Source of the DNA: a virus
Taxonomy: Duplodnaviria > Caudoviricetes
DNA: 25,300 nucleotides
Strand: one strand, 5' to 3'
IMG/VR virus record: IMGVR_UViG_3300042315_000461
Span: 1-25,300 of that record
The position numbers and the translations under genes were made by a program. The first letter of the stretch is position 1, and every line of letters begins with the position of its first letter. This document shows positions 6,947-15,712 of this stretch, one piece after another. A model generated the notes under the pieces. It saw only the letters and a program-made list of their open reading frames with translations. It searched no databases and had not been told where the DNA came from.

Positions 6947-9900
6947 CTAGCCTACGTCGCGACCCCGTGCCGCCGCAGTCCCGAGCGTGTGCGCGGCATC
7001 GCTCAGGTAGGCATAGACCCGCGCTGCCGCGCTCGCATCGTCGTAGTCTGCGTGGTCGATGTCGTCGCCCGCCGCGAGGCCGTGAGCCGCGCCGAACGTC
7101 ACGGTGTTGCCCGCAATGACGGTGATGGTGACCTCGCCACCGCTCGCCCACGCGCCCGCAGGGATGCACCGCACCTTGTCGCCGACCGCGAAGTAGGCGA
7201 GGGACGTGCGCCCAATGTCGGTCTGCGCCTCGCCCGTGCGCGGGCAGACAGCGCTCGTGTACTGATTCGCGCTGACCACCACGACGGTCGGCGAGCTGAC
7301 CGACGCGACCCGCAGCGACGGTGCCCACCCCGAGGGTCGGAGGCCTGCTGCGCCGAGGGTCAGCTGCACGCGATTCCCCAGCCAGTCCCGCTCGACGCCG
7401 AGCACGCGGCACGGTTCCGAGGTCAGGCCGAGCGTCCCGTCGATGCCGACCGCAGACGAGCAGGTCAGCGTGACCGTGTCGCCGACCCCGACCTCGAGCG
7501 CTCCCACGTGGTCCGCACTGACCGCGACCTGGTACCGCACGCGAGGCACGCCGGCGCGACGTCGCAGGTGCTGGATGACCGGGAGCAACAGCACCGCCGC
7601 ATCTGCGCCCCCGCCGTCGAGGCGGATGTGCCGCAGGTCGAGCGTCATCTGCTCGCCCGCGTCGCCCCCGGTCGCGTCGACCGCATCGCTGTCTACGTAG
7701 GTCGTCACGCGCCCGGGCTCACCGGCTGCGTCGTGGTCGCTCTCGATGCGATACGAGCGCACAACCCGCCCGTCGACCGTCGAGACGCACTGACCGTCCG
7801 CGAGGATGTCGGCGTCCGTGATGACCATGACCGCGTCGGCCGATGGCGCCGGCCCGATGGGCGTACACACGAGGCGTTGCCGCCCGTCTGCCCACCGCTG
7901 CACGACCGCTGCGCCGATGAGCGTCAGCACGCCGCCCATGACGTCAGCGACGGTCGAGGAGCCCGACACGTCAGCCGAGACGCCGCGCAGGGGCTCGGGC
8001 ATCGGGAGCGCAGAGAATGAGTCCTCGAGCATGTCGTCATCGTCGAGGCCCGCGCCGTAGGGCAGGACGTCGTAGGCCCCGTGGACCTGCCCGCCCCCGC
8101 CCGACTGGAGTAGGCGCAGAAGCAGGATGCCCGGGTCGACGCCCTGTGACCGGGCCTGCGGCGTGACCGTGATGGGCGTGCCGCGGTCGAGGATGTACCG
8201 CCGGTCATCGTCGACCCACGAGACGGTCAGGAGGTAGCCGACGAGGTCGCCCGTGTCCGGGTCGTTGACCGCGGAGCTGGCCGTCACGATGACGTCGACG
8301 TGCCCGCGTGCGTCGTTGCTCTCGTCGCCGCCGCTCAGGCGCATCATCTGCGGCTGTCCCGCACCGGAGTAGACGTCATCCGCCACGAGCAGCCGGCGCT
8401 CCGAACCCTGGTACCACGCGAGCGCAGGGCCTCGGCACGGGATGCGGGCCAGCGCGCGGAGGTCTGCGTCGGCCGAGACGCGCTCGCGGCGGATGGCGAT
8501 GCTCTGCGCCTCGAGGTCGTAGAGCTTGCGCGCATCGTCCGGGGCGCGGAAGTCGACCCCGACGCACACGTCGAGGCCCGGGGTCCAGCGCAGCGAGAGC
8601 GGCGCGCGCGCAGCTCCGCCGACGATGAGCCCGGCGCGCCAGAGCCACCCGGCCCCGTCCCCCGCCAGCTCGACCCGCGCCCATCGGCCGAGGCGCCCCT
8701 GCGTCGTAGCGATGCGCCATCGGTCGCAGTCGTGCCGCGTATCGTTCCATGTCACGGCGCTCGCGTAGGTTCCTGCGATGACCTGCAACGCCCTCTCGGG
8801 CCAGCGCACGAGCTCGCCCGTGCCGGTCGGGTCGACGAGTTCGAGCGTGCACGGCTCCTCGACATAGGGCGAGACGACGAGGCCGAACGGCGCACCGCCC
8901 GCAGGCGCTGCCGGTGATGGGTCCGTGGTCAGCCGGCCGCCGCCGCCGCCCAGTGCGCGCGCAGTGACCGCGTGCGTGGTCGACACCCCGCCCGTGTCCA
9001 CCTCGATCTGCCCGCCGCGGGGATGGTCCGGGTCGAGAGTGATGTCGGTAAGCCGCTCGTGCGCGCGGTAGCACCGGATGTCGACCTCAGCATCGGTCCC
9101 GCCGTGGACCTTGTACTGGCTCTGATACGCCTCCGAACGCTCAAAAATCTGGTCATGCGTGACGCGCGAGCCCTGCCCCGGCACGATGTAGTGCCAGCCC
9201 CGCACGAGGGTCGTGCTCGTCGCGCCCGAGGACAGCCGCTGCCGCAGGAGCGCCGACAGCGGGGCGATACGCAGCTCGAGCGTGAGCCCGTCAGCGGCGA
9301 GGGATGGCTCGCGGTCGAGCACGCCGCGCCAGACCTCGGCGTACGACCCGACGCGCACCCCGTTCGCGACCGGCGCCGCCTGCACGATGCAGACGCGCCC
9401 GCGCCACGCCGTGACCTCGCGAGTCACCGCAGGCTGATACCCGCGCGACGGCTGCCACACGTGCCGAGCGATGCGCGTGTAGGCCACGCCGCGCGCCACG
9501 TCGAGGTCGAGCGCAGAGCCGGTGCCTGCGCCCGCGACGTGGAGCGCCTCGAGACCGCAATGGATGAGCCCGGTCCATGCGCTGATGTCCGACGTGCACG
9601 TGATGACGGACGGCCCGGCCTCGCTGATGAGCGTGGCGCCGAGCGTGGTCCTCGACGTCGCGCCCCGGGGTCCGATGCGCCGCAGGGTCGAGAGCGGGTC
9701 GACGGTGCGCGCCGTGGTCGTGGCGTGGAGCGGCGAGAGCGCAGCGCCCCGAGCGAGGAGCCGAACCGACACCGGCGACTGCTCGACCGTGGCGTCGACC
9801 TCATCGACGCTGCACGACTCGGGACCGAGCGACAGCACGGCCTCGATGTCGCGGTAGGTCAGCGCGCCGCCCGTGCCCGGGATGTTCTGCGAGTCGGGAT

Positions 9901-9994
9901 GCGGGCCGGAGTAGTAGCGGTCGGTGAGCCCGGCGACCGTGACCACGACCGCCCACTGCCGACCCCGGAGAACGTCGAGCGCGGCGACGGTCAT
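6947..9994 (-). CDS. Large tail-tip / baseplate hub protein (~1015 aa)
   Basis: Last and largest gene of the tail block; ATG at 9994 in an ATGA overlap; hub-like motif 'LEVGVGDTVTLT...CRVLGVERDWLGNRVQLTL'. Confidence 0.7.
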   Translation of the reverse strand: MTVAALDVLRGRQWAVVVTVAGLTDRYYSGPHPDSQNIPGTGGALTYRDIEAVLSLGPESCSVDEVDATVEQSPVSVRLLARGAALSPLHATTTARTVDPLSTLRRIGPRGATSRTTLGATLISEAGPSVITCTSDISAWTGLIHCGLEALHVAGAGTGSALDLDVARGVAYTRIARHVWQPSRGYQPAVTREVTAWRGRVCIVQAAPVANGVRVGSYAEVWRGVLDREPSLAADGLTLELRIAPLSALLRQRLSSGATSTTLVRGWHYIVPGQGSRVTHDQIFERSEAYQSQYKVHGGTDAEVDIRCYRAHERLTDITLDPDHPRGGQIEVDTGGVSTTHAVTARALGGGGGRLTTDPSPAAPAGGAPFGLVVSPYVEEPCTLELVDPTGTGELVRWPERALQVIAGTYASAVTWNDTRHDCDRWRIATTQGRLGRWARVELAGDGAGWLWRAGLIVGGAARAPLSLRWTPGLDVCVGVDFRAPDDARKLYDLEAQSIAIRRERVSADADLRALARIPCRGPALAWYQGSERRLLVADDVYSGAGQPQMMRLSGGDESNDARGHVDVIVTASSAVNDPDTGDLVGYLLTVSWVDDDRRYILDRGTPITVTPQARSQGVDPGILLLRLLQSGGGGQVHGAYDVLPYGAGLDDDDMLEDSFSALPMPEPLRGVSADVSGSSTVADVMGGVLTLIGAAVVQRWADGRQRLVCTPIGPAPSADAVMVITDADILADGQCVSTVDGRVVRSYRIESDHDAAGEPGRVTTYVDSDAVDATGGDAGEQMTLDLRHIRLDGGGADAAVLLLPVIQHLRRRAGVPRVRYQVAVSADHVGALEVGVGDTVTLTCSSAVGIDGTLGLTSEPCRVLGVERDWLGNRVQLTLGAAGLRPSGWAPSLRVASVSSPTVVVVSANQYTSAVCPRTGEAQTDIGRTSLAYFAVGDKVRCIPAGAWASGGEVTITVIAGNTVTFGAAHGLAAGDDIDHADYDDASAAARVYAYLSDAAHTLGTAAARGRDVG

Positions 9995-10644
9995 AGCGCC
10001 GTCCCCCACACCGGGAGCACGGCCACCGCGAGGATGCGGCACGAGGTCGACGTCACGCGCAGCACGGCGACCGACCCGCGCACGTCACCCGCCGTCGTGT
10101 TCGCCTCGAGGGCCCGAGGCCCGCTCGCGCTGCCTGCCGTCGCGAGGTCAGGCCGGCGAACGTCGCCCGATACCTGCCACGTGGGCACGATGCGCCGCTG
10201 CCCGGACGCCGCCGCGATGCGTATCTCGGGCAGCTCGCGACACGCGAGAGTCCCGAGCGCGCGCGACCAGGTCACGCCGATGTCGATGACGGTCGAGGTG
10301 ATGGAGTCGAGCCGCACCGTCACGACCGGCGACGACGAGCCGCCGGCCTCCTGCGCTGCCGTGAGCACTGCGACTTGGAGCGCGGAGTCGAGAGGCCCGA
10401 TGGTGAGGAGCGCGTCGAGGGCTTGGTTGACCCCGTCGGCCGAGTGCACGTACCCATGCCGCCGCGCCGCCGTGGTCTCTACGACCTGCGTGCCGTGCAC
10501 GACCTGCCAATGCCGCGCGTAGACCCCGGCGAGCGTGTTGGCCCCGCCGGCGAGGCCGGCGAGCGTGGCACCCGTGACGGTGCGCGCGGTGCGCATCTCG
10601 GCCGCAGCGGGGAGGATGAGACGCGCGGTGAAGGGGATGCTCAA
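9991..10644 (-). CDS. Putative minor tail protein (~217 aa; start could instead be GTG 10650 or 10656)
   Basis: TTGA overlap with the upstream stop; located in the tail block; beta-rich. Confidence 0.65.
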   Translation of the reverse strand: MSIPFTARLILPAAAEMRTARTVTGATLAGLAGGANTLAGVYARHWQVVHGTQVVETTAARRHGYVHSADGVNQALDALLTIGPLDSALQVAVLTAAQEAGGSSSPVVTVRLDSITSTVIDIGVTWSRALGTLACRELPEIRIAAASGQRRIVPTWQVSGDVRRPDLATAGSASGPRALEANTTAGDVRGSVAVLRVTSTSCRILAVAVLPVWGTAL

Positions 10645-11702
10645 GTCCACCCCCACACGAGGACGCCGTGCACCTGGTCCACCGTGCTCGTGTCGGCCTG
10701 GAGCCGGTCGACGAACGCCGGGTCATGCTGCGGCACGATGCCGACCGCCTGCCAATCGATGCCGAGCGAGGCCGGCGAGATGCCCTGCCCCGGGCGCTGG
10801 CGGATGGTCGCCGTGCTCATCGAGCGCGCAGCCCCGGCGCCGACCTGCACCTCAACCACAGGCCCGCGCTCGCCGTCGCCAGAGTGCCGCAGGACGATGC
10901 GCCCGTCTGCCGCCGACGTGGTGCGGATGCGCACCGTGAGGTCGAGCGCGCGGTCATCGACGTCGGGCAGGCGCGGGCCCGGGAAGCTGTGCCGATACGG
11001 GGCGAGTTCGTTTTGACTCGCGGTGTCGACGTTGCGCAGGTCGCTCACGTTGGCGTGGACGCGCGGCAGCGCCGCGAGCCCAGCCATGCACCCGCGCAGG
11101 TCGTGCCCGAGGCGCGCCGAGAGCGGGTTGTCGGGCTCGATGTCGTCGTCATCGACCGCGATGCGCCCGTCTGCGAGACGCCCGGTCGGGAGGCTGGAGA
11201 GCACCGGATACCGCACGAGGAGCGCGACCACCTCGACGGGCGTTGCGCCGTCGCCGAGCAGGTGCATCGTGATGTTCTCGTACCCGCCTGCGAACCCGAC
11301 CGCGAGGCTGCCCGAGTAGACCGCGAGGGACGTGGAGAGCCCGTCTGCGGCGTCGATGGCGAGCGTGGCCGCGCCCGTGGCGCTGCGTATCTCGACCGCG
11401 TGTGTGGTCACCGGCCCGGCAGCCACGCGCGCGATGAGCGTCACGGTGACGGCAGTCGCGCCGGCGAGCTGCGGAATCTCCCACCGCGCGCACTCGGCGA
11501 GCGTGCCCGCTGTGCGCCGACACACCGACGCGCCGCCCGTCTGCGCCCACGACTGCGAGATGACCGTGCACCGCGCGACCTGTGACATGAGGTAGTTGAC
11601 AGCGCTCCCGAGCGGCGTGACGGTCGACGCCTTGAGCGCCTCGCCCGTGAGCAGGGCCTGCGGGTCGACCGCGGTGTAGGAGCCGGGGATGGTGCGCGCC
11701 AC
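10641..11702 (-). CDS. Putative minor tail protein with two related modules (353 aa)
   Basis: GTG start 6 nt after an extended -10 motif; located between tape measure and hub. Confidence 0.7.
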   Translation of the reverse strand: MARTIPGSYTAVDPQALLTGEALKASTVTPLGSAVNYLMSQVARCTVISQSWAQTGGASVCRRTAGTLAECARWEIPQLAGATAVTVTLIARVAAGPVTTHAVEIRSATGAATLAIDAADGLSTSLAVYSGSLAVGFAGGYENITMHLLGDGATPVEVVALLVRYPVLSSLPTGRLADGRIAVDDDDIEPDNPLSARLGHDLRGCMAGLAALPRVHANVSDLRNVDTASQNELAPYRHSFPGPRLPDVDDRALDLTVRIRTTSAADGRIVLRHSGDGERGPVVEVQVGAGAARSMSTATIRQRPGQGISPASLGIDWQAVGIVPQHDPAFVDRLQADTSTVDQVHGVLVWGWT

Positions 11703-11708
11703 GCGGCG

Positions 11709-11724
11709 AGAGTATCACACGCCG
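11709..11724 (-). promoter_or_regulatory. Extended -10 (leaderless-type) promoter motif, copy 3
   Basis: CGGCGTGTGA-TACTCT-N6-GTG; overlaps the stop codon of the Mom-like gene. Confidence 0.7.
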
Positions 11725-12299
11725 CGCAGTGCGTCAGTGACCTCGACCCGCGCGAGCGGCCCACGATACATCACAAGTTTCAGGCTCTTGCCGCTGGTCC
11801 AGATTCGCGGGCCTCGCGTGCTGCCTGCCGGCCTCGATGCGCCCCACCCTGTCGTGTTCCCGAGGACGCGATATCCGGCACGCCTGAAGCATGCCCCGGG
11901 CACCACAGACGAGACCGCCGCCGGGTCCACCATCGTCTCCCAGTGCAACGGCGTCCACCCGTACCGCGCCGCCCACTCTGCCGCTGCCACGCCGTGCCAC
12001 GTGCGCAGGATGTCACCGGCCGATGGCTCGCCCGGCAGTCGCGCGTCGACCCGGTAAAGCGCGCAGCACACGGTCGAGGCCAGCGGTCGAGCGTCCATCA
12101 GGCCAAGCGAACGCCTCGCCGCGAGTTTGAATGAAGGCTCACCGAGGACAATCCACCCGCGCGCGCGCCCGGCAGTGAAGATGCGCCACGCGAGTTTCTT
12201 TCCCGGCGGCGCCCCGCGGCTACCGGTGTAGTGGTCCGCGTATGCCTGCACGAGACCTGCGTCCCATGTCGACACCGGCAGGAATGCCGCGTCGCTCAT
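11715..12299 (-). CDS. Mom-like / DUF4338-like GNAT-fold putative DNA-modifying enzyme (194 aa)
   Basis: 'ADHY...PPGKKL...GWIVLG...CCALYR...WETMVDP....PGACFRRAGYRVLGNTTG' matches the HY...(T/S)x(V/A)DP...GxxF/YxAxxW/YxxxGxT pattern of Mom/DUF4338 proteins. It has its own SD (AGGAGGG). Confidence 0.65.
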   Translation of the reverse strand: MSDAAFLPVSTWDAGLVQAYADHYTGSRGAPPGKKLAWRIFTAGRARGWIVLGEPSFKLAARRSLGLMDARPLASTVCCALYRVDARLPGEPSAGDILRTWHGVAAAEWAARYGWTPLHWETMVDPAAVSSVVPGACFRRAGYRVLGNTTGWGASRPAGSTRGPRIWTSGKSLKLVMYRGPLARVEVTDALRGV

Positions 12300-12310
12300 G
12301 CTGCCCTCCT

Positions 12311-12326
12311 GCGCTCCCTCGAGCGC
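12311..12326 (-). promoter_or_regulatory. GAGG-tetraloop hairpin abutting the SD of the Mom-like gene
   Basis: Minus strand GCGCTC-GAGG-GAGCGC-AGGAGGG-CAGC-ATG. Confidence 0.65.
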
Positions 12327-12358
12327 TGCGCATGATGAGCACGTCGCCGCGCTCGTGT

Positions 12359-13603
12359 CTACGCGTCCTCGTCGACGAGCAGCGTGACCTCGTCAGAGCG
12401 GACCCGCGCGTCGGCAAGGCCGAACGCCACATCCGCAGCGCTGCCCCCTGCGACGCGACCAGGCACGCGCCCGCGGAGATGCTCGGTCGTGTAGGCCGTC
12501 GAGTGCGCCGCGACCGCCGTCCCGTCGTAGAGGTCGGCGAGGAGTCGAGAGCGGCGAGGGTCGCCGAGGTCGTGTGAGATGGCGACGCGCTGCCCGCGCC
12601 CGAGGAGAGGCCAGCACGCGGCGAGGGCCTGCCCCTCGTCGGAGGTCGTGTGCGTCGGCCCGCGCAGGGTGTACCCGACGCCGTGCTGCCGGCAGTGCCC
12701 GATGTGTCGACCCCGAGCGCGGCCGCTGGAGAGCTCGACGAGCCCAGCCGACGTGCGCAGGGTCTGCGAGTAGCGGGTCATGCCGCGCGAGAGCGGGAGG
12801 ACCAGCGGGCAGACGTATGTCGCCGTGAGCAGCGCGCGCCCGCCCGTGACCACCGGCGACTCGCTGCCGGTGAATCCCATCAGCCGGCGAAAGGCCAACC
12901 CCGCCGTCGTCGAGAGCCACCCGATGGGGTCGATGGTCGGCGACGGGTACGAGGTCCACACGTGCCCCGTCTCGTCGAGGCCCCACCGGACGCGCCGGTC
13001 TGCGTTGTCGACCGCGTCGTTGTCCGCGTCCTCGAGGCTCGTGAGCGGCGAGACGCCCTCGTCGGTCGTGGTCGAGGCGCGGAGCATCGTCGGCACCGAG
13101 TGCACGCGCGCCGTGATGGTCGAGACGCCGATGGTGTCGATGCCGTCCGTGATGGTCAGCGAGTGCGGCGATGCGCCCGCGTCGTAATTGCCTCGCGTCC
13201 ATGGGAGCGTGCCGACCACCTGCCGGTATCCCGAGACGAGAGACGCCGCCGTGGTGCCCGTGGGCATGCCGTAGGCGTTGCCCGCCGTGGCGACGAGCGA
13301 CCACGCCCCGAGGCTCGCATTCGGCACGCGAATCCTGACGCGGTCGTCAGTCGTGATGTCGGCCTCCCACGCGAGAGTGCCGCCGCCCGCCGCTGCCCAC
13401 GCCGTGATGATGTCGCCGGCGAGATGCCGCCCGGCCTGCGACCCGTAGCCGGTGAGCCACGCGACGACGTCCGGGTATCGCCCGCCGTCGTACATCGAGG
13501 CCGCAGCGGGGAGCGTGATGTTCGTCGCGCCTCGCGTGTACACGATGGCGCCCGCGAGCGCAGCGACGTCGCAGCCTGCGAGGAGTGCGGGATACCTGGC
13601 CAT
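12359..13603 (-). CDS. Putative tail protein following the tape measure (distal-tail position, 414 aa)
   Basis: TAATG overlap with the tape measure stop; Thr/Gly-rich, beta-strand character; synteny. Confidence 0.7.
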   Translation of the reverse strand: MARYPALLAGCDVAALAGAIVYTRGATNITLPAAASMYDGGRYPDVVAWLTGYGSQAGRHLAGDIITAWAAAGGGTLAWEADITTDDRVRIRVPNASLGAWSLVATAGNAYGMPTGTTAASLVSGYRQVVGTLPWTRGNYDAGASPHSLTITDGIDTIGVSTITARVHSVPTMLRASTTTDEGVSPLTSLEDADNDAVDNADRRVRWGLDETGHVWTSYPSPTIDPIGWLSTTAGLAFRRLMGFTGSESPVVTGGRALLTATYVCPLVLPLSRGMTRYSQTLRTSAGLVELSSGRARGRHIGHCRQHGVGYTLRGPTHTTSDEGQALAACWPLLGRGQRVAISHDLGDPRRSRLLADLYDGTAVAAHSTAYTTEHLRGRVPGRVAGGSAADVAFGLADARVRSDEVTLLVDEDA

Positions 13604-15321
13604 TACGCCACCGCCAATCGACCGCCAGAGAGACCACCCGCGCGAGCCTCGCGCCGTGCACCATCGACGAGGACCGATGTCACCTGCTCGACGCCGAGGA
13701 CCACGGTCACCATGACCGGCTGCGCGCCCCCGGGGCGACCCGAGGAGAGCGAGCCGACGCGGTCACCGCCACCACCCGACGCACCACCCGAGGACGGGCG
13801 CGCGCCACCTCCCCCGGGCGAAGAACCTGCGCCGAGAGCGCGAGCCGTCAGGCCGAGGGCGACGCCCGTCACGGCCATGGTCTTGGCGGCCGTGAACATC
13901 GCTGGGGCGAAGAATCCGAGCACACCCCCGGAGAGGCTCGCCGCGATGCCGAGGCCGGTCAGGAAAGTCGCGTAGGACAGCGCGGAGATGGCGAGCGATG
14001 AGGTGACCTCGCCCGCGATGCGTTTGAGGCTCTTGCTCGTGCCCTCGCCGCCGATGATGAGCGAGCCGAGCGCCTGACCGGCCGCCGCGCTGAACTGCTG
14101 GAGCCCGGCCACGCCGAGCGAGCCAAGGTCAGCGGACGCAGCGGAGAGCGAGAGCAGCGACGCCTCGGCCGCGGTCGCCTGCGGCGGTATCTCGCCGAGC
14201 GCGGCGACCATCTGCGCCACGGGCTCAGGCCCGAACGCATCCGCGCCCTGCGAGAGCACGTCAGATGTCGAGCGCGACGACGGGAATAGGCCGTCCGTCA
14301 CCGGCACGCGGCCCGACTCCACGCCCGCGACGAGACGCGCCGTGCGGGTGTCCTCGCCTGCACGCTTGACGAGCGGGTCAATGGCCGTGAGCGCTTTGCG
14401 CAACCCCTCGAGCGAGGATGTTTCGTCGCGGGTCGCCGCTGCGCGTGCCGTCGATGCGGCCGCTGCGCGCGTGCCCAGGTTGATGACGTCTAGCGTGACC
14501 TCGGTCGTCAGTCCGACCTCGCGACGGCCCTGCTCGCGAGCGCGGGTCAGCGCGACCTCTCGCCGCTCGAGCGTGCTTGTCGTGGCCTCGATGAGCTTGC
14601 GCACCTCGAGGAGTTGCCCCTCGGCGTTGCTGATGTCGCGCCGCGCGAACTGCGCCGCGAGCGCTGCGTCCCTCACGCTGCCGTCGCCTGCGCCGCCGAG
14701 CCGAGCCCGGAGCGCGCCTTGTGTCGTGACCGCGCGAGACCGCGCCGCCTCAATCTCTGACTGCGCCGCCGCCTCCTGCGCCACGAGCCGCTCGAGGTCG
14801 CGCCGCAGGGTCTCAATCTCGCCCTCGATGCCGCCGACCGCCACGCCTGCGCGCACCGCTGCGACCCGATTCGCCGCTGTGAGGTTGCCCCCGGCAGCAG
14901 CCGCGGACGCCTTTGACAGCTCGTCGATGAGCGGACGCGACACGCGCGCAGCGTCGCCGACCGCCCGAATCTTGACGCCAAGCCGGTCGTAGGACGTGGT
15001 CATCAGGTCGGATTGAGAGATGGCCGTCCCGATGGCCTGCGCGAAGTCTCCGAACTGCCCGATGACCACGCCGAGCGGGCCAGCGAGCCCTACGCCGAGC
15101 GCCACCGATGCGATGTCAAGGGCGCCATTGAGCGCGCGCATCGGCTTCTCGACTGCGTCCACTGCGCCGTCGAGCCGCTCCATGCCCGCCGCGAAGGACA
15201 CGCCCGCCTTGCCCGCGGCCTGCGTCTTTTTCTCGGCCGCCGCTGCCGCCGCACCCACGCGCCCGAGAGCACGCTCTGCGACCTCTGCGCCGGTGACCGT
15301 GACCGGGAATGCGAGCGCCAT
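13603..15321 (-). CDS. Tape measure protein (572 aa)
   Basis: Directly after the frameshifted chaperone pair; Ala-rich helical/coiled-coil sequence with hydrophobic segments and a Gly-rich C-terminus. Confidence 0.8.
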   Translation of the reverse strand: MALAFPVTVTGAEVAERALGRVGAAAAAAEKKTQAAGKAGVSFAAGMERLDGAVDAVEKPMRALNGALDIASVALGVGLAGPLGVVIGQFGDFAQAIGTAISQSDLMTTSYDRLGVKIRAVGDAARVSRPLIDELSKASAAAAGGNLTAANRVAAVRAGVAVGGIEGEIETLRRDLERLVAQEAAAQSEIEAARSRAVTTQGALRARLGGAGDGSVRDAALAAQFARRDISNAEGQLLEVRKLIEATTSTLERREVALTRAREQGRREVGLTTEVTLDVINLGTRAAAASTARAAATRDETSSLEGLRKALTAIDPLVKRAGEDTRTARLVAGVESGRVPVTDGLFPSSRSTSDVLSQGADAFGPEPVAQMVAALGEIPPQATAAEASLLSLSAASADLGSLGVAGLQQFSAAAGQALGSLIIGGEGTSKSLKRIAGEVTSSLAISALSYATFLTGLGIAASLSGGVLGFFAPAMFTAAKTMAVTGVALGLTARALGAGSSPGGGGARPSSGGASGGGGDRVGSLSSGRPGGAQPVMVTVVLGVEQVTSVLVDGARREARAGGLSGGRLAVA

Positions 15322-15325
15322 CAGG

Positions 15326-15712
15326 TCACCGCCTTGCCGCCGCGTCCTGCCGCACTGCGTCGGTCTCCCACGCCTCGGCCGCCTGCACTTCGCGCATCAG
15401 CACGAGCACGCCGTCCACGACCGCGCAGGTCGGTTCCGGAGCAACGTCCTCGATGCGCCCGCCCATCTTGAGCCACTGGTACGCGTCGATGATGACGCGC
15501 GCCCACTGTGCCCCGGCCTCGCACGTCGGGCACACCAGGCACGCGAGGTCGTCTCGCTGGATGATGGGCTCGACGAGCCACGTCAGCCCGTCCCGCTCGT
15601 CGCGGTCCCACTCGCCGCCGGTGCCGTCGCATCCGTCGCAGGCGTGGTGGCTGCGGCCTTGGCGCTGGCAGGAGCCTCGCCACGCTGCGAGGGCGAGTAC
15701 TGCGCGGGCGCT
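15326..15712 (-). CDS. Tail assembly chaperone -1 frameshift extension (gpGT-like; fusion ~270 aa)
   Basis: The -1 frame becomes protein-like right at the slippery site (PK|SARAVLALAAW...), has no convincing start of its own, and ends just before the tape measure ATG. Confidence 0.8.
   Translation of the reverse strand, partial: SARAVLALAAWRGSCQRQGRSHHACDGCDGTGGEWDRDERDGLTWLVEPIIQRDDLACLVCPTCEAGAQWARVIIDAYQWLKMGGRIEDVAPEPTCAVVDGVLVLMREVQAAEAWETDAVRQDAAARR

Noticed and set aside
6947-11702. Diversity-generating retroelement or invertible tail-fibre cassette
   Set aside because: No reverse transcriptase, invertase, template/variable repeat pair or flanking inverted repeats seen in the window.
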